Shown here one piece after another: positions 51,406 through 59,151 of a stretch of 64,000 nucleotides of DNA (positions within the stretch are counted from its first letter, which is position 1; every line of letters begins with the position of its first letter). The translations under genes were made by a program, and so were the position numbers. The notes below the pieces were generated by a model. It was not told where the DNA came from. It ran no database searches and saw only the letters and a program-made list of their open reading frames with translations. This DNA comes from a virus (taxonomy: Duplodnaviria; Heunggongvirae; Uroviricota; Caudoviricetes). The stretch lies in the IMG/VR virus record IMGVR_UViG_3300042894_001948; one strand, given 5' to 3'.

Positions 51406-51623
51406 AGTAGTGTACGCTATAGTTATAAGTTAGCTTAATTACTAACTTGCATATAGTATAGCAAACTGCGTACTGGTTGTAAAGTGGTAATTTTATCGCA
51501 TATCCACGCCCCGGGTCGTCCCTGACCGGAATGCCGATTATATCCTAGGACCGGAATGCCGATGATAAATAAAACCAAAATGGTGGTAGCTCACAGGACC
51601 GGCATTCCGGTACTTGAACAACC

Positions 51624-51649
51624 AAAAAAACGAGCACGCTAGGTGCTCG
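51624..51649 (-). terminator. Intrinsic terminator (family member)
   Basis: CGAGCAC...GTGCTCG followed by T7 on the minus strand. Confidence 0.85.
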
Positions 51650-51654
51650 CCGTG

Positions 51655-51933
51655 TTATGCGGTTGCTACTTCAAGTTCACAGTGTATGCTATACTCCTCG
51701 CCATCGCCCCACTCTGCTTCGTGTAAGTTGCCTTCGAGGTCGTGGTAAAATATAACACCTGCACTCGTTACTTCAATATCGTCTGCAAAGTAGCTATACC
51801 ATCCATCAGTTAGGATTAGTTCATATCCTGGACATGGACGGTAGAATGTCGACATAGTGTATGGGACGGTAATAGCAGTTGCTTTAGTGGCTGCTACGAA
51901 TGAGTTTAATGTTGCTATACGAGAATTTGACAT
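51655..51933 (-). CDS. Hypothetical acidic protein
   Basis: Own promoter. Confidence 0.6.
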   Translation of the reverse strand: MSNSRIATLNSFVAATKATAITVPYTMSTFYRPCPGYELILTDGWYSYFADDIEVTSAGVIFYHDLEGNLHEAEWGDGEEYSIHCELEVATA

Positions 51934-52016
51934 AGTTTTATACACGCTATTAAGTTAAGTAAGCGCATATTATACTATAGTATGCGCTGGTTGTAAAGAA
52001 CTTTGTTACTCGTTTA

Positions 52017-52289
52017 TCACCCCTCCGGATAGCAGCCGGCTTCCATCATTGCATATATAACTCGTTCTCTTGGTAGAGTATCTTGATATACCAGCGAGTT
52101 GATTAACTGATCGTAGTCGCCACTCTTCATATAACTAATTAAACACTTTTGGTTGTACTTGCCATCTTCGATTGCTAAGTCCATAAAGTCCCATTCATCT
52201 GCTTCAGCATACTCTTTTGCTTGGGCATTAAAGTTAGTAACACATTGTTTGAGGGTAGCGATTACAACAGGATTAGTAGTGTTTGGCAT
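52017..52289 (-). CDS. Hypothetical protein
   Basis: Own promoter. Confidence 0.65.
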   Translation of the reverse strand: MPNTTNPVVIATLKQCVTNFNAQAKEYAEADEWDFMDLAIEDGKYNQKCLISYMKSGDYDQLINSLVYQDTLPRERVIYAMMEAGCYPEG

Positions 52290-52389
52290 AGTAGTTTACA
52301 CGCTGTAGTAGTTAAGTAAGTGTATATTATATAGTATAGCAAACGGCTTGTAAAGAACTTTGTTTACCGTTTGCCATACAATCGGAGTA

Positions 52390-52545
52390 TTAGTCCCAAT
52401 CGTCCCATTCACGATTGTTAATCTCGCCTAAGAAGTCATCTACATCCTGATCCCAGTCTTCACCGAGTTCTGGTAGATCAGTTAACTTCACTTTAGTGTT
52501 TTCCAATACATCTTCTTCTGTTTGTGAATCTCTCAAGTCTCTCAT
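52390..52545 (-). CDS. Small highly acidic protein
   Basis: AGGA RBS before MRDLRDSQ; D/E/W-rich. Confidence 0.55.
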   Translation of the reverse strand: MRDLRDSQTEEDVLENTKVKLTDLPELGEDWDQDVDDFLGEINNREWDDWD

Positions 52546-52612
52546 TGTAGTATTCCTAATAAAGTAAGTAAGTCGCCCCACCGTGCATATGTACACAGCG
52601 GGGCCTTTTGCC

Positions 52613-53020
52613 TTATGCTACTGCTAAGTCAGCTTCCAATAACTCTGCAGCTGCCGCAAAGTCTACATCCTCAGCTACCGTTGCTACTGTAGTAACTGTC
52701 GGCGCCAACACTTTTGCTTTAGCGTAAAAGTCAGCAAACGCTTGTTGCGCATCAACATCCTCAAAGTATGTTACCAATGGATCTTTGTCCTCAATTAACT
52801 TTTCATCATACTGCAATCCAACTAAGTAGTCCGCCGCTTGCAATTTTGTCATTGCGCTTGGCAACTCAATTAATCTAATGTCTGTGTGTCCGTTAGCTTG
52901 TAACACTTTGCCGCGCCCCGTGCTGTTCGCTACTCGCAATTTGTACACACCGTTTAAGTTGCTTACGCCGGCAACTGTGAATGTTTTTTCTGCGGTTGTA
53001 GAAGTAATAATTTTAGACAT
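52613..53020 (-). CDS. Early hypothetical protein, paralog of 45003-45434
   Basis: FTVAGVS...YKLRVAN...HTDIRLIELPSAMTK. Confidence 0.75.
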   Translation of the reverse strand: MSKIITSTTAEKTFTVAGVSNLNGVYKLRVANSTGRGKVLQANGHTDIRLIELPSAMTKLQAADYLVGLQYDEKLIEDKDPLVTYFEDVDAQQAFADFYAKAKVLAPTVTTVATVAEDVDFAAAAELLEADLAVA

Positions 53021-53139
53021 TTTGTACGCTCCAAAAAAGTAATAAAAGTAAAGTTAAATTGTACTGCTTGGTTAAATTAGCTTGCTTGCTAACTTGTTAC
53101 ATATTATACAGCAATAAAACAAATTAGCAAGCACTTTGT

Positions 53140-53355
53140 TTACCGCTTGCCTTCTGCAATCAACGCATCAATACGCGCCACAATGCTCTCTGCGCTCTCA
53201 AGTGTTTCCCAGCCACCGTTGTTGTGGCGTCCATCTTGTACTGAAGTTTCCATAATTCCTGTGTTTCTGTTTTTATACTCCGACACTGTGATAGTAGTGT
53301 TAAAGTAGATAGTAACGATGTTGTTGCTTGTTGTAGTAATTTGTAATTTATACAT
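53140..53355 (-). CDS. Hypothetical protein
   Basis: Own promoter; DGRHNNGGW motif. Confidence 0.6.
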   Translation of the reverse strand: MYKLQITTTSNNIVTIYFNTTITVSEYKNRNTGIMETSVQDGRHNNGGWETLESAESIVARIDALIAEGKR

Positions 53356-53424
53356 AATATTTACGCTGTAGTAGTTAAGTAAGTGTATAGTATAGCAAAA
53401 CAATTTTGGTTTGTAAAGAACTAA

Positions 53425-53514
53425 TTATATCACTAGTTCATACCAGTTCAACAATGCGATTGCGCTCATTAATACGATAGTAGTGAATACTGCGAAACTG
53501 TATAAAAACGACAT
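53425..53514 (-). CDS. 29-aa single-pass membrane peptide
   Basis: Own promoter (53549-53577), GGAG RBS, MSFLYSFAVFTTIVLMSAIALLNWYELVI. Confidence 0.55.
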   Translation of the reverse strand: MSFLYSFAVFTTIVLMSAIALLNWYELVI

Positions 53515-53584
53515 ATTGTGTAACTCCGTATATATTAAGTAAGTATATAGTATAGCAAACTAGTTTTGGTTTGTAAAGAACTTT

Positions 53585-54157
53585 TTATTCGTTGTATGCT
53601 GCCATTACCAATCCCACATAATTCACTGTCTCCGGATATGGTGGTATCTTATTCTTATGTCGCATCACTGCATGCTCGCCCGCATTGTAACCCGCAACCG
53701 CTAACTTTGGATCTTTGAATGTATCTAATAAGAACTTGAGGAACTTAACTCCACCATCTATATTCTGCTTTTCGTCTAATCGATCACTTACTCCAAACCT
53801 ACTAGCAGTAGCCGGCATCAGTTGCATCAATCCAACTGCTCCCTTATTACTTACTGCTGCCTTTCTATATGTGCTCTCAGTCTTTATTACTGCATGTACC
53901 AACTTCTCATCTACTCCATACTTGACTGCGGCTTTATGGACATAATGATTGACTTCCCATCGAGTTAATGGTTTAGTCACAGTCTTTACTATAGTAGTAG
54001 GTTCTTGGCGAACTGGTTTGGCAGCTGTTTGGATCTCTGGTTTAACTACCGGCGCATGATCTGTTAACCATACTCGCCCATCCGGTCCGGTATATCTATA
54101 TACATCCGCATGTACCGGCATTACTACTATAGTAGCAAGTATCACTGCCCGGATCAT
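53585..54157 (-). CDS. Secreted lytic transglycosylase (SLT) with DUF4124-like N-terminal domain
   Basis: Signal-like MIRAVILATIVVMPVHA, VYRYTGPDG..LTD, IKTES, GAVGLMQLMP, AGYNAG, ETVNYV. Confidence 0.9.
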   Translation of the reverse strand: MIRAVILATIVVMPVHADVYRYTGPDGRVWLTDHAPVVKPEIQTAAKPVRQEPTTIVKTVTKPLTRWEVNHYVHKAAVKYGVDEKLVHAVIKTESTYRKAAVSNKGAVGLMQLMPATASRFGVSDRLDEKQNIDGGVKFLKFLLDTFKDPKLAVAGYNAGEHAVMRHKNKIPPYPETVNYVGLVMAAYNE

Positions 54158-54450
54158 TTGACACAACTCTGCGCAAACTTGAGCATTGCGGCATATTGCG
54201 GATTGGATAGACAAGTTACTACTCTTACAAGTATATGACTAGCGTGAATCCAACATGGAATAAAGACTACTAACATTCCTACATAAGCAAGCAATAACTC
54301 TTTGGTTTCTAAATATCTGCTCCATTTGTACTGCGTCAACACTACTATAGTAGTAGCTATAGTGAGTAACAGTAGTAAGGATACATCTGGGATTGTTTCT
54401 ATGGCAACTTGCTTCACTAATACATCCTCAGGTACATTACATAAGTTCAT
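54154..54450 (-). CDS. Membrane protein with two transmembrane segments
   Basis: Two hydrophobic segments; ATGA overlap with the SLT gene. Confidence 0.65.
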   Translation of the reverse strand: MNLCNVPEDVLVKQVAIETIPDVSLLLLLTIATTIVVLTQYKWSRYLETKELLLAYVGMLVVFIPCWIHASHILVRVVTCLSNPQYAAMLKFAQSCVK

Positions 54451-54800
54451 TGCTTGCTCCGTTGTTGTTTAATATGTGTATAGTATAACACTATAGTATA
54501 GAGTTGTAAAGAACTAATTAACTCTTTACTTTCACGCGTATATGTGTTATACTATATTCATATATAATGCGCATAGTCTTTTATGTACAGCGGGGCCTTT
54601 TTGGTATCCAGGACTCTATAATTAAGACGATTTTAGGAAATTTAGCCCGCGTCGTTAGCGGTCTGTAGCGCGTCACTTTTGCGTTTTTACCCCACCCTAG
54701 TACCAGAGTACAGGGTATGGTTTGTAACCAGTCATTTAAACGGTCTCTTTTTCGCCCAGATTCTAGCTATAATGGATGTTTGAGTTGGTTTTAATATAAA

Positions 54801-54920
54801 GAAAAAAGACTCAAAACAAGGAGCGAATTTGCTTTGAGTCTAATAATATACTATAGTATAAGGAGCGAGTTTATACTATAGTAAGAGTTTAGTATAGCAG
54901 GGAGCGAATCTACTATACTA
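54801..54920 (-). ncRNA. Putative three-hairpin RNA with A(U/C)UCGCUCC loops
   Basis: Three unrelated stems with near-identical 9-nt loops, G-U pairs on the minus strand and a terminal U-tract. Confidence 0.6.
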
Positions 54921-54937
54921 TAGTATGCGAATGATTG

Positions 54938-55810
54938 TTATCGTTGTGGTCGCATACACGTCACAGAAGCCACTGACTCCCATGTGTTTGGCATACTCTT
55001 GCGCAAATCTGCGACTTTGAGTACCATACGCAAACTTAGTTCACGCATCTTCATCTTGTGTGTATCTATATAGTCTAGGATCTCTTGCTGCTCATCACCT
55101 TCAAACTCGTACTTGTCTAACATACCGTCAGCTACGATTTGTTTGATGCGCAACATCTTTTCCCTATCTGTGTCTATAGTAAGGTCCAAGTAGTGGCAAC
55201 GCGATTCTAATGCTTCTAAATGGTCCTTTAACTTCTTACTACGAACATGATCAAACTTGACATTGGTAATGAATATGCAACCGCCTTCAAAGTTAAATGT
55301 GTTTGGAATACCTGCATCTTTCAGTATGCGTGACTCTGTGTGCCAACTGATCCATCTGTTACGACCGCTATCTAACGCAGCTTTGAGCAGATTGAGCGCA
55401 ACTTCATCAAATAACACACTATCCATGTCATCAAATACTACTACTGACTTCTTATCCTTATACTGGTACAACATTTGGTACAATCCTAATGCAGATATGT
55501 TGCCTTTAGCAATTTCATACTTCTTTAAACTTGGATCTTGCGCTATAGTAGCGAACATATCGTTCTTTGATAACACTGCTTCTACACCATACGACTTACC
55601 AACTCCAGGTGGTCCACTTACTATCATTGCTCGTACATCACCTTTCTTTACTGCTTTGGTCATGTCTTCTAGTATAGTAAAGCGAGTCCGTAACCTGTCT
55701 ACGATCTGCTCATCTGATTCGTGTGATACAGGTTCTACTGCTCTTTGCGCTATGGTAGCACGCGGCATGTCTGTTGATATAATACGTGGCTGTATAGTTG
55801 CTGTTGACAT
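54938..55810 (-). CDS. AAA+ family ATPase
   Basis: SGPPGVGKS, VVFDDMD, FITN, ALESRC. Confidence 0.9.
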   Translation of the reverse strand: MSTATIQPRIISTDMPRATIAQRAVEPVSHESDEQIVDRLRTRFTILEDMTKAVKKGDVRAMIVSGPPGVGKSYGVEAVLSKNDMFATIAQDPSLKKYEIAKGNISALGLYQMLYQYKDKKSVVVFDDMDSVLFDEVALNLLKAALDSGRNRWISWHTESRILKDAGIPNTFNFEGGCIFITNVKFDHVRSKKLKDHLEALESRCHYLDLTIDTDREKMLRIKQIVADGMLDKYEFEGDEQQEILDYIDTHKMKMRELSLRMVLKVADLRKSMPNTWESVASVTCMRPQR

Positions 55811-55878
55811 AATTGCTCCGTTGTGTTTAAGTAAGTGTATATTATACTATAGTGTATAAAGGTTGTCAACTGGTTTGT

Positions 55879-56067
55879 TTACCGTAATCCCGCACTTGCA
55901 AAGCACAATCCCAGCATTGATAGTCCTAACCATGCTATATTCTGTGTATCTTCCCAGGCAAATATCCCTCCGCAGATTAATCCTACACTAAGTACTAACC
56001 ATCCTAACCATACTACTATACCAATTACTACTATAGTAACAGCAGTGGAGAATATAAACATGAACAT
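55879..56067 (-). CDS. Small membrane protein
   Basis: Hydrophobic 62 aa; own promoter and GGAGCG RBS. Confidence 0.65.
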   Translation of the reverse strand: MFMFIFSTAVTIVVIGIVVWLGWLVLSVGLICGGIFAWEDTQNIAWLGLSMLGLCFASAGLR

Positions 56068-56622
56068 TGTTGCGCTCCTAGTTAATTAACATATACACAC
56101 AGTATAACACACTGTTTTGGCAAAGTAAAGCATTTTTTTGGCACAATTTTACCATTATCCATAGAGTTAATTAGTTTTGGTTTGGTGGCGTGGAGAGGGG
56201 CATAGCTACAATAAATACCCCAATCAAACCACATTGTTTACCATTTATCCCCATTGTAATCATAGGCCTCCCATCAATCTTCTCATTGTTTACCAAATCT
56301 CAAAATTTTTCTCTAAGGCTCAGTCAATCTCTATATATGTACAGCGGGGCCTATTAGTAGTGATATAAAATATCATTACTATAGCGTAGCCTATTAGTCA
56401 CGCTATACGAGAGATCTCTTATACTCTTACTATAGCGTGTATCACTATAGTCTCGACTACTATAGTATGGATATGTGTTACTGTTTGTTATTATACTATA
56501 GTGTGTTATGGTAAGTAAAGAGTTTATATTATCACTATCACTATAGTCTATACTACTATAGTATAGCAATGGATAAGTTGTTTTCTTTTTGTTTTGCTAC
56601 AAATATGTTGCTTTTTTATGGA

Positions 56623-56886
56623 TTATACATAACGTCCGGGACTTCTAGTTGGAAAAGGATAATCTCTTACCGGAACAGCTGTGTATGTCAAGTCAATCAA
56701 GTGAATAAGTTTAGGATATACATTATCAGATCTCCATGGATCTAGATTCTCAAACATACCACTATATATGATTTCAAACATAGTAGGGAATCGCCAGTCG
56801 TATTTGTCTTTGTGAGTACAAGTAATAATGAACAAGAAAGCTTCGTCTTGTTTCGTTTGGTATAAGTAGGGAGCAAGTTCGATCAT
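56623..56886 (-). CDS. DUF1566-like array member
   Basis: YDWRFPT...VPVRD. Confidence 0.75.
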   Translation of the reverse strand: MIELAPYLYQTKQDEAFLFIITCTHKDKYDWRFPTMFEIIYSGMFENLDPWRSDNVYPKLIHLIDLTYTAVPVRDYPFPTRSPGRYV

Positions 56887-57098
56887 AAGGTTCTCACTGG
56901 GATTACATAGAGTACATAATATTCTTGTAGAACTTGAAATCTACCTTCATGCCAAGCTGATGTAAACTGAAAACTTTTATATTCGTTAGCTGTTGGTAGT
57001 CGCCAGTCCTTATGGCCATTGTAGTCAAGTGTAATACAGTATAGCCAAGCTTCGTCATAAGTTATTTCTTGTTGTGTTTGTAGTGCTAGTTCAATCAT
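56883..57098 (-). CDS. DUF1566-like array member
   Basis: KDWRLPT...IPVRT. Confidence 0.75.
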   Translation of the reverse strand: MIELALQTQQEITYDEAWLYCITLDYNGHKDWRLPTANEYKSFQFTSAWHEGRFQVLQEYYVLYVIPVRTL

Positions 57099-57259
57099 TT
57101 GCTTACTCTCGTAGGTACTGCTATAAAAAGGGTGTGACGACCTGAGACTTCTAAGCAGTGTATCCAATCATAGTGTCCATCGTGTGTACAGGTATAACAA
57201 TAAAGCATCGCTTCGTCATATAACAAGGGTTCGCTCCGTAGGGCGAATTCAAGCGTCAT
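57095..57259 (-). CDS. DUF1566-like array member, internally deleted
   Basis: YDEAMLYC...HYDW but no RLPT. Confidence 0.6.
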   Translation of the reverse strand: MTLEFALRSEPLLYDEAMLYCYTCTHDGHYDWIHCLEVSGRHTLFIAVPTRVSK

Positions 57260-57468
57260 AAGTCTCTTATAAGTCGTATTATCTTCCAATCTTGGTTTGT
57301 ACTATTTCTCGATAAGTAGGGTATATCAACAAAAGTGTCGGTTAGTTCGCGAATAGATGCTGGCCTCCAGTCGTATTTGCCATTATGGGTACATGTAGCC
57401 GAGTATAGCCAAATCGAGTCTTGGTTCCAGTCATATAAATCGCTAATAGGGGATAGTTCGTGTTTCAT
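57256..57468 (-). CDS. DUF1566-like array member
   Basis: YDWRPAS...LIRD. Confidence 0.7.
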   Translation of the reverse strand: MKHELSPISDLYDWNQDSIWLYSATCTHNGKYDWRPASIRELTDTFVDIPYLSRNSTNQDWKIIRLIRDL

Positions 57469-57683
57469 ACGTCTCTCACTGGGGATACCTTCCATCTATA
57501 TGGTACCAGTGTCTTATGTTTAAAATCACTAGCATTCCAACTACCGGTTATAATCAAGTCTGCACATTCTCTTATAGTAGGCATTCGCCAGTCATACTTG
57601 TTGTCGTGTGTGCAAGTGTATATGTAAATTTCGGCGTTATAGGCATCTAGTTTGGCGGTAGTCTTAGGGGCTTGTTCAATCAT
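57465..57683 (-). CDS. DUF1566-like array member
   Basis: YDWRMPT...SPVRD. Confidence 0.75.
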   Translation of the reverse strand: MIEQAPKTTAKLDAYNAEIYIYTCTHDNKYDWRMPTIRECADLIITGSWNASDFKHKTLVPYRWKVSPVRDV

Positions 57684-57891
57684 TGTTAGTTCTCACTGGG
57701 GTTACATGACGGTCAGGCAATTTATCATCGGGTCTATCTTCATACCAAGTCCTTATAAGTTTGGATCTGTTGTATTCTTTATAAGTTGGTAATCGCCAGT
57801 CATAATGATTGTGGTGTGTACAGGTAACGCAGTATAGCCATGCTTGGTCATATTCTACAAGTGTGTATGCTCGTGGGGCGAATTCAAGCAT
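57676..57891 (-). CDS. DUF1566-like array member
   Basis: YDWRLPT...TPVRT. Confidence 0.75.
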   Translation of the reverse strand: MLEFAPRAYTLVEYDQAWLYCVTCTHHNHYDWRLPTYKEYNRSKLIRTWYEDRPDDKLPDRHVTPVRTNND

Positions 57892-58099
57892 CTTTATCTC
57901 TCACTGGGGTTACATGATATAATGGATCTAGGAACATATATCTAGTTTCATGCCAAGACAAACTACACCGAGAACTCTTATATTCGTCGGCTGTTGGTAT
58001 ACGCCAGTCATAACAGTCATTGTGGCCAAGTGTAATACAGTATAGCCAAGCTAGGTCATAGTCCATAAGTTCCGGTGTTCGTGGGGCTAGTTCAATCAT
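57884..58099 (-). CDS. DUF1566-like array member
   Basis: YDWRIPT...TPVRD. Confidence 0.75.
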   Translation of the reverse strand: MIELAPRTPELMDYDLAWLYCITLGHNDCYDWRIPTADEYKSSRCSLSWHETRYMFLDPLYHVTPVRDKDA

Positions 58100-58289
58100 C
58101 TCTTAATCCTCTGATAGGACAAAATTGTATGTTGCGGCGTTGATCAGTTGTTCTTAGTTTAACATTATTGGAGAAGTCGCCAGCAGTTGGCATTCGCCAG
58201 TCATACTTGTCGTTGTGTGTACAAGTTATCGCATATAAGAATGCATCGTCGTATGGCATCAAATGCGACATAGGGGCTGCTTCAATCAT
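58092..58289 (-). CDS. DUF1566-like array member
   Basis: YDWRMPT...CPIRG. Confidence 0.75.
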   Translation of the reverse strand: MIEAAPMSHLMPYDDAFLYAITCTHNDKYDWRMPTAGDFSNNVKLRTTDQRRNIQFCPIRGLRDD

Positions 58290-58503
58290 CTTTAGTTCTC
58301 ACAGGGGTTACGTATGTTCGGTGTTCAAAATAGTCTCGCTCATACCATTGTCCAAGTATCAAAGGTTGATACTTTCTTCCAAAGTGTTCTAGCATCGTGG
58401 GCATACGCCAATCGTATTTCTTTTTATGGGTGCAAGTGGCTACGTATAGCCAAGCTTCGTCATATGAGAAGTTACGTCGTTTAGTAGTAGCTTGTTCAAT
58501 CAT
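58282..58503 (-). CDS. DUF1566-like array member
   Basis: YDWRMPT...TPVRT. Confidence 0.75.
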   Translation of the reverse strand: MIEQATTKRRNFSYDEAWLYVATCTHKKKYDWRMPTMLEHFGRKYQPLILGQWYERDYFEHRTYVTPVRTKDD

Positions 58504-58699
58504 CTTTGTCTCTCACTGGAGTTACATAGAACCAATCGTATGGTTGTGAAAAACTTTTCTTGATAATACTGGGGTGCTCTGATACATCTCCAATAGTAGG
58601 ATATCGCCAGTCATACTTGTTGTTGTGAGTACAAGTAACGCAGTATAGCCAAGCTTCGTTATAAGAGAGTACCTGGAACTCAATAGCAAACTCAAGCAT
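58496..58699 (-). CDS. DUF1566-like array member
   Basis: YDWRYPT...TPVRD. Confidence 0.75.
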   Translation of the reverse strand: MLEFAIEFQVLSYNEAWLYCVTCTHNNKYDWRYPTIGDVSEHPSIIKKSFSQPYDWFYVTPVRDKDD

Positions 58700-58922
58700 C
58701 TGTATCTCTCACTGCTATTAAAATAAAGCGGTCGAGTGGCTCTATATATGGACTTTTGATTAGTGAATCACACCATATTGGACTTGGACCACTTGTAAGT
58801 TTTACGCATTCATCGCGTGTTGGAAAACGCCAGTCGTATTTGTTTTCGTGTGTTAGTGTCCAAATGTAAAGTTCAGCTTCTTCACACGATTTTGAGTGTG
58901 ATACAATTTTAGCTTCAATCAT
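58692..58922 (-). CDS. DUF1566-like array member
   Basis: YDWRFPT...AVRD. Confidence 0.75.
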   Translation of the reverse strand: MIEAKIVSHSKSCEEAELYIWTLTHENKYDWRFPTRDECVKLTSGPSPIWCDSLIKSPYIEPLDRFILIAVRDTDA

Positions 58923-59151
58923 CTTTATCTCTCACTGGGTAAACTGCTCGTTCTGAATCCTTAGCGTAATGTACGGTATAGTCAGACCAGGTGCTATGCC
59001 AGGTCATAGGAGGCATCTCATCAGTGTCATCATACTCAGCAGCTGTTGGAAAACGCCAGTCGTATTTGTTGTTGTGGGTTAGGGTATAGATGTATAGCAT
59101 TGCTTCGTCTATCGTTACAAAGCAGTCGTCATGTGGTCCTAATTCAATCAT
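58915..59151 (-). CDS. DUF1566-like array member
   Basis: YDWRFPT...YPVRD. Confidence 0.75.
   Translation of the reverse strand: MIELGPHDDCFVTIDEAMLYIYTLTHNNKYDWRFPTAAEYDDTDEMPPMTWHSTWSDYTVHYAKDSERAVYPVRDKDD

Larger units (their letters stand above)
47268..56129 (-). promoter_or_regulatory. Series of sigma70-type early promoters, nearly one per gene
   Basis: TT(T/G)ACA- or (T/C)TTGCA-like -35, ~17 bp, TATA(A/C)T; -10 boxes at 47268, 47541, 48544, 49148, 50242, 50784, 51063, 51455, 51969, 52326, 53103, 53389, 53549, 54482, 55841, 56101 (also 62883, 63382). Confidence 0.8.

Noticed and set aside
56354-56569. 71-aa Y/S-rich ORF
   Set aside because: Product of the ACTATAG repeats; TTG start with no convincing RBS
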